A stretch of DNA of 64,000 nt from Eledone cirrhosa (Eukaryota), in NCBI GenBank assembly GCA_964016885.1, contig OZ024754.1:26102001-26166000 (forward strand), in the 5' to 3' direction. A program made the position numbers and the translations under genes. Under the pieces are notes generated by a model. That model worked only from the letters and a program-made list of their open reading frames with translations. It was not told where the DNA came from and did no database searches. Below are positions 38,401-53,400 of this stretch, in pieces (the stretch's first letter is position 1; each line of letters opens with the position of its first letter).

Positions 38401-41400
38401 GTGAGGTTAAGGAGTTTACTTCACAACATAGATGAAGGTGTGTCTGTGAGGTTAAGGAGTTCACTTCACAACACAGATGAAGGTGTGTCCGTGAGGTTAA
38501 GGAGTTTACTTCACAACACAGATGAAGGTGTGTCTGTGAGGTTCAGGAGTTTACCTCACAACACAGATGGTGTGCCTGTGAGGTTAAGGAGTTCACTTCA
38601 CAACACAGATGAATATGTGTCTGAGGTTAAGCAGTTCACTTCACAACACAGATGAAGGTGTGTCTGTGAGGTTAAGGAGTTCACTTCACAACACAGATGA
38701 AGGTGTGTCTGTGAGGTTAAGGAGTTTACTTCACAACACAAATGCAGGCATGGCTGTGTGGTTAAGGAGTTCACTTCACAACACAGATGAAGGTGTGTCT
38801 GTGAGGTTAAGGAGTTCATTTCACAACACAGATGAAGGTGTGTCTGTGAGGTTAAGGATTTTACTTCACAACACAGATGAAGGTGTGTCTGTGAGGTTAA
38901 GGAGTTCATTTCACAACACAGATGAAGGTGTGTCTGTGAGGTTAAGAAGTTTACTTCACAACACAGATGAAGGTGTGTCTGTGAGGTTAAGGAGTTTACT
39001 TCACAACACAGATGCAGGCATGGCTGTGTGGTTAAGGAGTTTACTTCACAACACAGATGAAGGTGTGTCTGTGAGGTTAAGGAGTTCACTTCACAAGACA
39101 GATGAAGGGAGTGTCTGTGAGGTTAAGGAGTTCACTTCACAACACAGATGAAGGTGTGTCTACGAGGTTAAGGAGTTTACTTCACAACACAGATGAAGGG
39201 AGTGTCTGTGAGGTTAAGGAGTTTACTTCACAACACAGATAAGGTGTGTCTGTGAGGTTAAGGAGTTCACTTCACAACACAGATGCAGGCATGGCTGTGT
39301 GGTTAAGGAGTTCACTTCACAACATAGATGAAGGTGTGTCTGTGAGGTTAAGGAGTTTACTTCACAACACAGATGAATGTGTGTATGTGAGGTTAAGGAG
39401 TTTACTTCACAACACAGATGCAGGCATGGCTGTGTGGTTAAGTAGTTCACTTCACAACACAGATGAAGGTGTGTCTGTGAGGTTAAGGAGTTCACTTCAC
39501 AACACAGATGAAGGGAGTGTCTGTGAGGTTAAGGAGTTCACTTCACAACACAGATGAATGTGTGTCTGTGAGGTTAAGGAGTTTACTTCACAACACAGAT
39601 GAAGGGAGTGTCTGTGAGGTCAAGGAGTTTACTTCACAACACAGATAAGGTGTGTCTGTGAGGTTAAGGAGTTCACTTCACAACACAGATGCAGGCATGG
39701 CTGTGTGGTTAAGGAGTTCACTTCACAACATAGATGAAGGTGTGTCTGTGAGGTTAAGGAGTTCACTTCACAACACAGATGAAGGTGTGTCTGTGAGGTT
39801 AAGAAGTTTACTTCACAACACAGATGCAGGCATGGCTGTGTGGTTAAGGAGTAAACTTCACAACACAGATGAAGGTGTGTCTGTGAGGTTAAGGAGTTCA
39901 CTTCACAACACAGATGAAGGTGTATCTGTGAGGTTAAGAAGTTTACTTCACAACACAGATGCAGGCATGGCTGTGTGGTTAAGGAGTTTACTTCACAACA
40001 CAGATGAAGGTGGATCTGTGAGGTTAAGGAGTTCAATTCACAACACAGATGAAGGTGTGTCTGATGTTAAGGAGTTTACTTCACAACACAGATGAATGTG
40101 TGTCTGTGAGGTTAAGGAGTTTACTTCACAACACAGATGAAGGTGTGTGTGAGGTTAAGGAGTTCACTTCACAACACAGATGCAGGCATGGCTGTGTGGT
40201 TAAGGAGTTTACTTCACAACACAGATGAAGGTGGATCTGTGAGGTTAAGGAGTTCAATTCACAACACAGATGAAGATGTGTCTGATGTTAAGGAATTTAT
40301 TCACAACACAGATGAAGGTGTGTCTGTGAGGTTAAGGAGTTTACTTCACAACACAGATGAAGGTGTGTGTGAGGTTAAGGAGTTCACTTCACAACACAGA
40401 TGAAGGTGTGTCTGTGAGGTTAAGAAGTTTACTTCACAACACAGATGCAGGCATGGCTGTGTGGCTAAGGAGTAAACTTCACAACACAGATGAAGGTGTG
40501 TCTGTGAGGTTAAGGAGTTTACTTCACAACACAGATGAAGGTGTGTCTGTGAGGTTAAGGAGTTTACTTCACAACACACATGCAGGCATGGCTGTGTGGT
40601 TAAGTAGTTCACTTCACAACACAGATGAAGGTGTGTCTGTGAGGTTAAGGAGTTCACTTCACAACACAGATGAAGGTGTGTCTGTGAGGTTAAGGAGTTT
40701 ACTTCACAACACAGATGAAGGTGTGTCTGTGAGGTTAAGGAGTTTACTTCACAACACAGATGCAGGCATGGCTGTGTGGTTAAGCAGTTCACTTCACAAC
40801 ACAGATGAAGGTGTGTCTGTGAGGTTAAGGAGTTTACTTCACAACACAGATAAAGGTGTGTGTGAGGTTAAGGAGTTCACTTCACAACACAGATGAAGGT
40901 GTGTCTGTGAGGTTAAGAAGTTTACTTCACAACACAGATGCAGGCATGGCTGTGTGGTTAAGTAGTAAACTTCACAACACAGATGAAGGTGTGTCTGTGA
41001 GGTTAAGGAGTTTACTTCAAAACACAGATGAAGGTGGGTCTGTGAGGTTAAGGAGTTCACTTCACAACACAGATGAAGGTGTGTCTGTGAGGTTAAGGAG
41101 TTTACTTCACAACACAGATGAAGGTGTGTCTGTGAGGTTAAGGAGTTCACTTCACAACACAGATGAAGGTGTGTCCGTGAGGTTAAGGAGTTTACTTCAC
41201 AACACAGATGAAGGTGTGTCTGTGAGGTTAAGGAGTTCACTTCACAACACAGATGAAGGTGTGTCTGTGAGGTTAAGGAGTTTACTTCACAACACAAATG
41301 CAGGCATGGCTGTGTGGTTAAGGAGTTCACTTCACAACACAGATGAAGGTGTGTCTGTGAGGTTAAGGAGTTCATTTCACAACACAGATGAAGGTGCGTC

Positions 41401-44400
41401 TGTGAGGTTAAGGATTTTACTTCACAACACAGATGAAGGTGTGTCTGTGAGGTTAAGGAGTTTACTTCACAACACAGATACAGGCATAGCTGTGTGGTTA
41501 AGGAGTCCACTTCACAACAAAGATGAAGGTGTGTCTGTGAGGTTAAGGAGTTCACTTCACAACACAGATGAAGGTGTGTCTTTGAGGTTAAGGAGTTCAC
41601 TTCACAACACAGATAAGGTATGTCTGTGAGGTTAAGGAGTTTACTTCACAACACAGATGCAGGCATGGCTGTGTGGTTAAGGAGTTCACTTCACAACACA
41701 GATGAAGGTGTGTCTGTGAGGTTAAGGAGTTCACTTCATAACACAGATGAAGGGAGTGTCTGTGAGGTTAAGGAGTTCACTTCACAACACAGATGAATGT
41801 GTGTCTGTGAGGTTAAGGAGTTTACTTCACAACACAGATGAAGGGAGTGTCTGTGAGGTTAAGGAGTTTACTTCACAACACAGATAAGGTGTGTCTGTGA
41901 GGTTAAGGAGTTCACTTCACAACACAGATGCAGGCATGGCTGTGTGGTTAAGGAGTTCACTTCACAACATAGATGAAGGTGTGTCTGTGAGGTTAAGGAG
42001 TTCACTTCACAACACAGATGAAGGTGTGTCTGTGAGGTTAAGAAGTTTACTTCACAACACAGATGCAGGCATGGCTGTGTGGTTAAGGAGTAAACTTCAC
42101 AACACAGATGAAGGTGTGTCTGTGAGGTTAAGGAGTTCACTTCACAACACAGATGAAGGTGTATCTGTGAGGTTAAGAAGTTTACTTCACAACACAGATG
42201 CAGGCATGGCTGTGTGGTTAAGGAGTTTACTTCACAACACAGATGAAGGTGGATCTGTGAGGTTAAGGAGTTCAATTCACAACACAGATGAAGGTGTGTC
42301 TGATGTTAAGGAGTTTACTTCACAACACAGATGAATGTGTGTCTGTGAGGTTAAGGAGTTTACTTCACAACACAGATGAAGGTGTGTGTGAGGTTAAGGA
42401 GTTCACTTCACAACACAGATGCAGGCATGGCTGTGTGGTTAAGGAGTTTACTTCACAACACAGATGAAGGTGGATCTGTGAGGTTAAGGAGTTCAATTCA
42501 CAACACAGATGAAGGTGTGTCTGATGTTAAGGAATTTATTCACAACACAGATGAAGGTGTGTCTGTGAGGTTAAGGAGTTTACTTCACAACACAGATGAA
42601 GGTGTGTGTGAGGTTAAGGAGTTCACTTCACAACACAGATGAAGGTGTGTCTGTGAGGTTAAGAAGTTTACTTCACAACACAGATGCAGGCATGGCTGTG
42701 TGGCTAAGGAGTAAACTTCACAACACAGATGAAGGTGTGTCTGTGAGGTTAAGGAGTTTACTTCACAACACAGATGAAGGTGTGTCTGTGAGGTTAAGGA
42801 GTTTACTTCAAAACACAGATGAAGGTGGGTCTGTGAGGTTAAGGAGTTCACTTCACAACACAGATGAAGGTGTGTCTGTGAGGTTAAGGAGTTTACTTCA
42901 CAACACAGATGAAGGTGTGTCTGTGAGGTTAAGGAGTTCACTTCACAACACAGATGAAGGTGTGTCCGTGAGGTTAAGGAGTTTACTTCACAACACAGAT
43001 GAAGGTGTGTCTGTGAGGTTAAGGAGTTCACTTCACAACACAGATGAAGGTGTGTCTGTGAGGTTAAGGAGTTTACTTCACAACACAGATACAGGCATAG
43101 CTGTGTGGTTAAGGAGTCCACTTCACAACAAAGATGAAGGTGTGTCTGTGAGGTTAAGGAGTTCACTTCACAACACAGATGAAGGTGTGTCTTTGAGGTT
43201 AAGGAGTTCACTTCACAACACAGATAAGGTATGTCTGTGAGGTTAAGGAGGTTACTTCACAACACAGATGCAGGCATGGCTGTGTGGTTAAGGAGTTCAC
43301 TTCACAACACAGATGAAGGTGTGTCTGTGAGGTTAAGGAGTTCACTTCACAACACAGATGAAGGGAGTGTCTGTGAGGTTAAGGAGTTCACTTCACAACA
43401 CAGATGAAGGTGTGTCTGTGAGGTTAAGGAGTTTACTTCACAACACAGATGAAGGGAGTGTCTGTGAGGTTAAGGAGTTTACTTCACAACACAGATAAGG
43501 TGTGTCTGTGAGGTTAAGGAGTTCACTTCACAACACAGATGCAGGCATGGCTGTGTGGTTAAGGAGTTCACTTCACAACATAGATGAAGGTGTGTCTGTG
43601 AGGTTAAGGAGTTCACTTCACAACACAGATGAAGGTGTGTCTGTGAGGTTAAGAAGTTTACTTCACAACACAGATGCAGGCATGGCTGTGTGGTTAAGGA
43701 GTAAACTTCACAACACAGATGAAGGTGTGTCTGTGAGGTTAAGGAGTTCACTTCACAACACAGATGAAGGTGTGTCTGTGAGGTTAAGGAGTTTACTTCA
43801 CAACACAGATGCAGGCATGGCTGTGTGGTTAAGGAGTAAACTTCACAACACAGATGAAGGTGTGTCTGTGAGGTTAAGGAGTTTACTTCACAACACAGAT
43901 GAAGGTGTGTCTGTGAGGTTAAGGAGTTTACTTCACAACACAGATGCAGGCATGGCTGTGTGGTTAAGCAGTTCACTTCACAACACAGATGAAGGTGTGT
44001 CTGTGAGGTTAAGGAGTTTACTTCACAACACAGATGAAGGTGTGTCTGTGAGGTTAAGGAGTTTACTTCACAACACAGATGCAGGCATGGCTGTGTGGTT
44101 AAGCAGTTCACTTCACAACACAGATGAAGGTGTGTCTGTGAGGTTAAGGAGTTTACTTCACAACACAGATAAAGGTGTGTGTGAGGTTAAGGAGTTCACT
44201 TCACAACACAGATGAAGGTGTGTCTGTGAGGTTAAGAAGTTTACTTCACAACACAGATGCAGGCATGGCTGTGTGGTTAAGGAGTAAACTTCACAACACA
44301 GATGAAGGTGTGTCTGTGAGGTTAAGGAGTTTACTTCAAAACACAGATGAAGGTGGGTCTGTGAGGTTAAGGAGTTCACTTCACAACACAGATGAAGGTG

Positions 44401-47400
44401 TGTCTGTGAGGTTAAGGAGTTTACTTCACAACACAGATGAAGGTGTGTCTGTGAGGTTAAGGAGTTCACTTCACAACACAGATGAAGGTGTGTCCGTGAG
44501 GTTAAGGAGTTTACTTCACAACACAGATGAAGGTGTGTCTGTGAGGTTAAGGAGTTCACTTCACAACACAGATGAAGGTGTGTCTGTGAGGTTAAGGAGT
44601 TTACTTCACAACACAAATGCAGGCATGGCTGTGTGGTTAAGGAGTTCACTTCACAACACAGATGAAGGTGTGTCTGTGAGGTTAAGGAGTTCATTTCACA
44701 ACACAGATGAAGGTGCGTCTGTGAGGTTAAGGATTTTACTTCACAACACAGATGAAGGTGTGTCTGTGAGGTTAAGGAGTTTACTTCACAACACAGATAC
44801 AGGCATAGCTGTGTGGTTAAGGAGTCCACTTCACAACAAAGATGAAGGTGTGTCTGTGAGGTTAAGGAGTTCACTTCACAACACAGATGAAGGTGTGTCT
44901 TTGAGGTTAAGGAGTTCACTTCACAACACAGATAAGGTATGTCTGTGAGGTTAAGGAGTTTACTTCACAACACAGATGCAGGCATGGCTGTGTGGTTAAG
45001 GAGTTCACTTCACAACACAGATGAAGGTGTGTCTGTGAGGTTAAGGAGTTTACTTCACAACACAGATGAAGGGAGTGTCTGTGAGGTTAAGGAGTTTACT
45101 TCACAACACAGATAAGGTGTGTCTGTGAGGTTAAGGAGTTCACTTCACAACACAGATGCAGGCATGGCTGTGTGGTTAAGGAGTTCACTTCACAACATAG
45201 ATGAAGGTGTGTCTGTGAGGTTAAGGAGTTCACTTCACAACACAGATGAAGGTGTGTCTGTGAGGTTAAGAAGTTTACTTCACAACACAGATGCAGGCAT
45301 GGCTGTGTGGTTAAGGAGTAAACTTCACAACACAGATGAAGGTGTGTCTGTGAGGTTAAGGAGTTCACTTCACAACACAGATGAATGTGTATCTGTGAGG
45401 TTAAGAAGTTTACTTCACAACACAGATGCAGGCATGGCTGTGTGGTTAAGGAGTTTACTTCACAACACAGATGAAGGTGGATCTGTGAGGTTAAGGAGTT
45501 CAATTCACAACACAGATGAAGGTGTGTCTGATGTTAAGGAGTTTACTTCACAACACAGATGAATGTGTGTCTGTGAGGTTAAGGAGTTTACTTCACAACA
45601 CAGATGAAGGTGTGTGTGAGGTTAAGGTGTTCACTTCACAACACAGATGCAGGCATGGCTGTGTGGTTAAGGAGTTTACTTCACAACACAGATGAAGGTG
45701 GATCTGTGAGGTTAAGGAGTTCAATTCACAACACAGATGAAGGTGTGTCTGATGTTAAGGAATTTATTCACAACACAGATGAAGGTGTGTCTGTGAGGTT
45801 AAGGAGTTTACTTCACAACACAGATGAAGGTGTGTGTGAGGTTAAGGAGTTCACTTCACAACACAGATGAAGGTGTGTCTGTGAGGTTAAGAAGTTTACT
45901 TCACAACACAGATGCAGGCATGGCTGTGTGGCTAAGGAGTAAACTTCACAACACAGATGAAGGTGTGTCTGTGAGGTTAAGGAGTTTACTTCACAACACA
46001 GATGAAGGTGTGTCTGTGAGGTTAAGGAGTTTACTTCAAAACACAGATGAAGGTGGGTCTGTGAGGTTAAGGAGTTCACTTCACAACACAGATGAAGGTG
46101 TGTCTGTGAGGTTAAGGACTTTACTTCACAACACAGATGAAGGTGTGTCTGTGAGGTTAAGGAGTTCACTTCACAACACAGATGAAGGTGTGTCCGTGAG
46201 GTTAAGGAGTTTACTTCACAACACAGATGAAGGTGGGTCTGTGAGGTTAAGGAGTTCACTTCACAACACAGATGAAGGTGTGTCTGTGAGGTTAAGGAGT
46301 TTACTTCACAACACAGATGAAGGTGTGTCTGTGAGGTTAAGGAGTTCACTTCACAACACAGATGAAGGTGTGTCCGTGAGGTTAAGGAGTTCACTTCACA
46401 ACACAGATGAAGGTGTGTCTGTGAGGTTAAGGAGTTTACTTCACAACATAGATGAAGGTGTGTCTGTGAGGTTAAGGAGTTCACTTCACAACACAGATGA
46501 AGGTGTGTCCGTGAGGTTAAGGAGTTTACTTCACAACACAGATGAAGGTGTGTCTGTGAGGTTCAGGAGTTTACCTCACAACACAGATGGTGTGCCTGTG
46601 AGGTTAAGGAGTTCACTTCACAACACAGATGAATATGTGTCTGAGGTTAAGCAGTTCACTTCACAACACAGATGAAGGTGTGTCTGTGAGGTTAAGGAGT
46701 TCACTTCACAACACAGATGAAGGTGTGTCTGTGAGGTTAAGGAGTTTACTTCACAACACAAATGCAGGCATGGCTGTGTGGTTAAGGAGTTCACTTCACA
46801 ACACAGATGAAGGTGTGTCTGTGAGGTTAAGGAGTTCATTTCACAACACAGATGAAGGTGTGTCTGTGAGGTTAAGGAGTTTACTTCACAACACAGATGA
46901 AGGTGTGTCTGTGAGGTTAAGGAGTTCACTTCACAACACAGATGAAGGTGTGTCTGTGAGGTTAAGGAGTTTACTTCACAACACAAATGCAGGCATGGCT
47001 GTGTGGTTAAGGAGTTCACTTCACAACACAGATGAAGGTGTGTCTGTGAGGTTAAGGAGTTCATTTCACAACACAGATGAAGGTGCGTCTGTGAGGTTAA
47101 GGATTTTACTTCACAACACAGATGAAGGTGTGTCTGTGAGGTTAAGGAGTTTACTTCACAACACAGATACAGGCATAGCTGTGTGGTTAAGGAGTCCACT
47201 TCACAACAAAGATGAAGGTGTGTCTGTGAGGTTAAGGAGTTCACTTCACAACACAGATGAAGGTGTGTCTTTGAGGTTAAGGAGTTCACTTCACAACACA
47301 GATAAGGTATGTCTGTGAGGTTAAGGAGTTTACTTCACAACACAGATGCAGGCATGGCTGTGTGGTTAAGGAGTTCACTTCACAACACAGATGAAGGTGT

Positions 47401-50400
47401 GTCTGTGAGGTTAAGGAGTTTACTTCACAACACAGATGAAGGGAGTGTCTGTGAGGTTAAGGAGTTTACTTCACAACACAGATAAGGTGTGTCTGTGAGG
47501 TTAAGGAGTTCACTTCACAACACAGATGCAGGCATGGCTGTGTGGTTAAGGAGTTCACTTCACAACATAGATGAAGGTGTGTCTGTGAGGTTAAGGAGTT
47601 CACTTCACAACACAGATGAAGGTGTGTCTGTGAGGTTAAGAAGTTTACTTCACAACACAGATGCAGGCATGGCTGTGTGGTTAAGGAGTAAACTTCACAA
47701 CACAGATGAAGGTGTGTCTGTGAGGTTAAGGAGTTCACTTCACAACACAGATGAATGTGTATCTGTGAGGTTAAGAAGTTTACTTCACAACACAGATGCA
47801 GGCATGGCTGTGTGGTTAAGGAGTTTACTTCACAACACAGATGAAGGTGGATCTGTGAGGTTAAGGAGTTCAATTCACAACACAGATGAAGGTGTGTCTG
47901 ATGTTAAGGAGTTTACTTCACAACACAGATGAATGTGTGTCTGTGAGGTTAAGGAGTTTACTTCACAACACAGATGAAGGTGTGTGTGAGGTTAAGGTGT
48001 TCACTTCACAACACAGATGCAGGCATGGCTGTGTGGTTAAGGAGTTTACTTCACAACACAGATGAAGGTGGATCTGTGAGGTTAAGGAGTTCAATTCACA
48101 ACACAGATGAAGGTGTGTCTGATGTTAAGGAATTTATTCACAACACAGATGAAGGTGTGTCTGTGAGGTTAAGGAGTTTACTTCACAACACAGATGAAGG
48201 TGTGTGTGAGGTTAAGGAGTTCACTTCACAACACAGATGAAGGTGTGTCTGTGAGGTTAAGAAGTTTACTTCACAACACAGATGCAGGCATGGCTGTGTG
48301 GCTAAGGAGTAAACTTCACAACACAGATGAAGGTGTGTCTGTGAGGTTAAGGAGTTTACTTCACAACACAGATGAAGGTGTGTCTGTGAGGTTAAGGAGT
48401 TTACTTCAAAACACAGATGAAGGTGGGTCTGTGAGGTTAAGGAGTTCACTTCACAACACAGATGAAGGTGTGTCTGTGAGGTTAAGGACTTTACTTCACA
48501 ACACAGATGAAGGTGTGTCTGTGAGGTTAAGGAGTTCACTTCACAACACAGATGAAGGTGTGTCCGTGAGGTTAAGGAGTTTACTTCACAACACAGATGA
48601 AGGTGGGTCTGTGAGGTTAAGGAGTTCACTTCACAACACAGATGAAGGTGTGTCTGTGAGGTTAAGGAGTTTACTTCACAACACAGATGAAGGTGTGTCT
48701 GTGAGGTTAAGGAGTTCACTTCACAACACAGATGAAGGTGTGTCCGTGAGGTTAAGGAGTTCACTTCACAACACAGATGAAGGTGTGTCTGTGAGGTTAA
48801 GGAGTTTACTTCACAACATAGATGAAGGTGTGTCTGTGAGGTTAAGGAGTTCACTTCACAACACAGATGAAGGTGTGTCCGTGAGGTTAAGGAGTTTACT
48901 TCACAACACAGATGAAGGTGTGTCTGTGAGGTTCAGGAGTTTACCTCACAACACAGATGGTGTGCCTGTGAGGTTAAGGAGTTCACTTCACAACACAGAT
49001 GAATATGTGTCTGAGGTTAAGCAGTTCACTTCACAACACAGATGAAGGTGTGTCTGTGAGGTTAAGGAGTTCACTTCACAACACAGATGAAGGTGTGTCT
49101 GTGAGGTTAAGGAGTTTACTTCACAACACAAATGCAGGCATGGCTGTGTGGTTAAGGAGTTCACTTCACAACACAGATGAAGGTGTGTCTGTGAGGTTAA
49201 GGAGTTCATTTCACAACACAGATGAAGGTGTGTCTGTGAGGTTAAGGATTTTACTTCACAACACAGATGAAGGTGTGTCTGTGAGGTTAAGGAGTTCATT
49301 TCACAACACAGATGAAGGTGTGTCTGTGAGGTTAAGAAGTTTACTTCACAACACAGATGAAGGTGTGTCTGTGAGGTTAAGGAGTTTACTTCACAACACA
49401 GATGCAGGCATGGCTGTGTGGTTAAGGAGTTTACTTCACAACACAGATGAAGGTGTGTCTGTGAGGTTAAGGAGTTCACTTCACAACACAGATGAAGGGA
49501 GTGTCTGTGAGGTTAAGGAGTTCACTTCACAACACAGATGAAGGTGTGTCTACGAGGTTAAGGAGTTTACTTCACAACACAGATGAAGGGAGTGTCTGTG
49601 AGGTTAAGGAGTTTACTTCACAACACAGATAAGGTGTGTCTGTGAGGTTAAGGAGTTCACTTCACAACACAGATGCAGGCATGGCTGTGTGGTTAAGGAG
49701 TTCACTTCACAACATAGATGAAGGTGTGTCTGTGAGGTTAAGGAGTTTACTTCACAACACAGATGAATGTGTGTATGTGAGGTTAAGGAGTTTACTTCAC
49801 AACACAGATGCAGGCATGGCTGTGTGGTTAAGTAGTTCACTTCACAACACAGATGAAGGTGTGTCTGTGAGGTTAAGGAGTTCACTTCACAACACAGATG
49901 AAGGGAGTGTCTGTGAGGTTAAGGAGTTCACTTCACAACACAGATGAATGTGTGTCTGTGAGGTTAAGGAGTTTACTTCACAACACAGATGAAGGGAGTG
50001 TCTGTGAGGTCAAGGAGTTTACTTCACAACACAGATAAGGTGTGTCTGTGAGGTTAAGGAGTTCACTTCACAACACAGATGCAGGCATGGCTGTGTGGTT
50101 AAGGAGTTCACTTCACAACATAGATGAAGGTGTGTCTGTGAGGTTAAGGAGTTCACTTCACAACACAGATGAAGGTGTGTCTGTGAGGTTAAGAAGTTTA
50201 CTTCACAACACAGATGCAGGCATGGCTGTGTGGTTAAGGAGTAAACTTCACAACACAGATGAAGGTGTGTCTGTGAGGTTAAGGAGTTCACTTCACAACA
50301 CAGATGAAGGTGTATCTGTGAGGTTAAGAAGTTTACTTCACAACACAGATGCAGGCATGGCTGTGTGGTTAAGGAGTTTACTTCACAACACAGATGAAGG

Positions 50401-53400
50401 TGGATCTGTGAGGTTAAGGAGTTCAATTCACAACACAGATGAAGGTGTGTCTGATGTTAAGGAGTTTACTTCACAACACAGATGAATGTGTGTCTGTGAG
50501 GTTAAGGAGTTTACTTCACAACACAGATGAAGGTGTGTGTGAGGTTAAGGAGTTCACTTCACAACACAGATGCAGGCATGGCTGTGTGGTTAAGGAGTTT
50601 ACTTCACAACACAGATGAAGGTGGATCTGTGAGGTTAAGGAGTTCAATTCACAACACAGATGAAGATGTGTCTGATGTTAAGGAATTTATTCACAACACA
50701 GATGAAGGTGTGTCTGTGAGGTTAAGGAGTTTACTTCACAACACAGATGAAGGTGTGTGTGAGGTTAAGGAGTTCACTTCACAACACAGATGAAGGTGTG
50801 TCTGTGAGGTTAAGAAGTTTACTTCACAACACAGATGCAGGCATGGCTGTGTGGCTAAGGAGTAAACTTCACAACACAGATGAAGGTGTGTCTGTGAGGT
50901 TAAGGAGTTTACTTCACAACACAGATGAAGGTGTGTCTGTGAGGTTAAGGAGTTTACTTCACAACACACATGCAGGCATGGCTGTGTGGTTAAGTAGTTC
51001 ACTTCACAACACAGATGAAGGTGTGTCTGTGAGGTTAAGGAGTTCACTTCACAACACAGATGAAGGTGTGTCTGTGAGGTTAAGGAGTTTACTTCACAAC
51101 ACAGATGAAGGTGTGTCTGTGAGGTTAAGGAGTTTACTTCACAACACAGATGCAGGCATGGCTGTGTGGTTAAGCAGTTCACTTCACAACACAGATGAAG
51201 GTGTGTCTGTGAGGTTAAGGAGTTTACTTCACAACACAGATAAAGGTGTGTGTGAGGTTAAGGAGTTCACTTCACAACACAGATGAAGGTGTGTCTGTGA
51301 GGTTAAGAAGTTTACTTCACAACACAGATGCAGGCATGGCTGTGTGGTTAAGTAGTAAACTTCACAACACAGATGAAGGTGTGTCTGTGAGGTTAAGGAG
51401 TTTACTTCAAAACACAGATGAAGGTGGGTCTGTGAGGTTAAGGAGTTCACTTCACAACACAGATGAAGGTGTGTCTGTGAGGTTAAGGAGTTTACTTCAC
51501 AACACAGATGAAGGTGTGTCTGTGAGGTTAAGGAGTTCACTTCACAACACAGATGAAGGTGTGTCCGTGAGGTTAAGGAGTTTACTTCACAACACAGATG
51601 AAGGTGTGTCTGTGAGGTTAAGGAGTTCACTTCACAACACAGATGAAGGTGTGTCTGTGAGGTTAAGGAGTTTACTTCACAACACAAATGCAGGCATGGC
51701 TGTGTGGTTAAGGAGTTCACTTCACAACACAGATGAAGGTGTGTCTGTGAGGTTAAGGAGTTCATTTCACAACACAGATGAAGGTGCGTCTGTGAGGTTA
51801 AGGATTTTACTTCACAACACAGATGAAGGTGTGTCTGTGAGGTTAAGGAGTTTACTTCACAACACAGATACAGGCATAGCTGTGTGGTTAAGGAGTCCAC
51901 TTCACAACAAAGATGAAGGTGTGTCTGTGAGGTTAAGGAGTTCACTTCACAACACAGATGAAGGTGTGTCTTTGAGGTTAAGGAGTTCACTTCACAACAC
52001 AGATAAGGTATGTCTGTGAGGTTAAGGAGTTTACTTCACAACACAGATGCAGGCATGGCTGTGTGGTTAAGGAGTTCACTTCACAACACAGATGAAGGTG
52101 TGTCTGTGAGGTTAAGGAGTTCACTTCATAACACAGATGAAGGGAGTGTCTGTGAGGTTAAGGAGTTCACTTCACAACACAGATGAATGTGTGTCTGTGA
52201 GGTTAAGGAGTTTACTTCACAACACAGATGAAGGGAGTGTCTGTGAGGTTAAGGAGTTTACTTCACAACACAGATAAGGTGTGTCTGTGAGGTTAAGGAG
52301 TTCACTTCACAACACAGATGCAGGCATGGCTGTGTGGTTAAGGAGTTCACTTCACAACATAGATGAAGGTGTGTCTGTGAGGTTAAGGAGTTCACTTCAC
52401 AACACAGATGAAGGTGTGTCTGTGAGGTTAAGAAGTTTACTTCACAACACAGATGCAGGCATGGCTGTGTGGTTAAGGAGTAAACTTCACAACACAGATG
52501 AAGGTGTGTCTGTGAGGTTAAGGAGTTCACTTCACAACACAGATGAAGGTGTATCTGTGAGGTTAAGAAGTTTACTTCACAACACAGATGCAGGCATGGC
52601 TGTGTGGTTAAGGAGTTTACTTCACAACACAGATGAAGGTGGATCTGTGAGGTTAAGGAGTTCAATTCACAACACAGATGAAGGTGTGTCTGATGTTAAG
52701 GAGTTTACTTCACAACACAGATGAATGTGTGTCTGTGAGGTTAAGGAGTTTACTTCACAACACAGATGAAGGTGTGTGTGAGGTTAAGGAGTTCACTTCA
52801 CAACACAGATGCAGGCATGGCTGTGTGGTTAAGGAGTTTACTTCACAACACAGATGAAGGTGGATCTGTGAGGTTAAGGAGTTCAATTCACAACACAGAT
52901 GAAGGTGTGTCTGATGTTAAGGAATTTATTCACAACACAGATGAAGGTGTGTCTGTGAGGTTAAGGAGTTTACTTCACAACACAGATGAAGGTGTGTGTG
53001 AGGTTAAGGAGTTCACTTCACAACACAGATGAAGGTGTGTCTGTGAGGTTAAGAAGTTTACTTCACAACACAGATGCAGGCATGGCTGTGTGGCTAAGGA
53101 GTAAACTTCACAACACAGATGAAGGTGTGTCTGTGAGGTTAAGGAGTTTACTTCACAACACAGATGAAGGTGTGTCTGTGAGGTTAAGGAGTTTACTTCA
53201 AAACACAGATGAAGGTGGGTCTGTGAGGTTAAGGAGTTCACTTCACAACACAGATGAAGGTGTGTCTGTGAGGTTAAGGAGTTTACTTCACAACACAGAT
53301 GAAGGTGTGTCTGTGAGGTTAAGGAGTTCACTTCACAACACAGATGAAGGTGTGTCCGTGAGGTTAAGGAGTTTACTTCACAACACAGATGAAGGTGTGT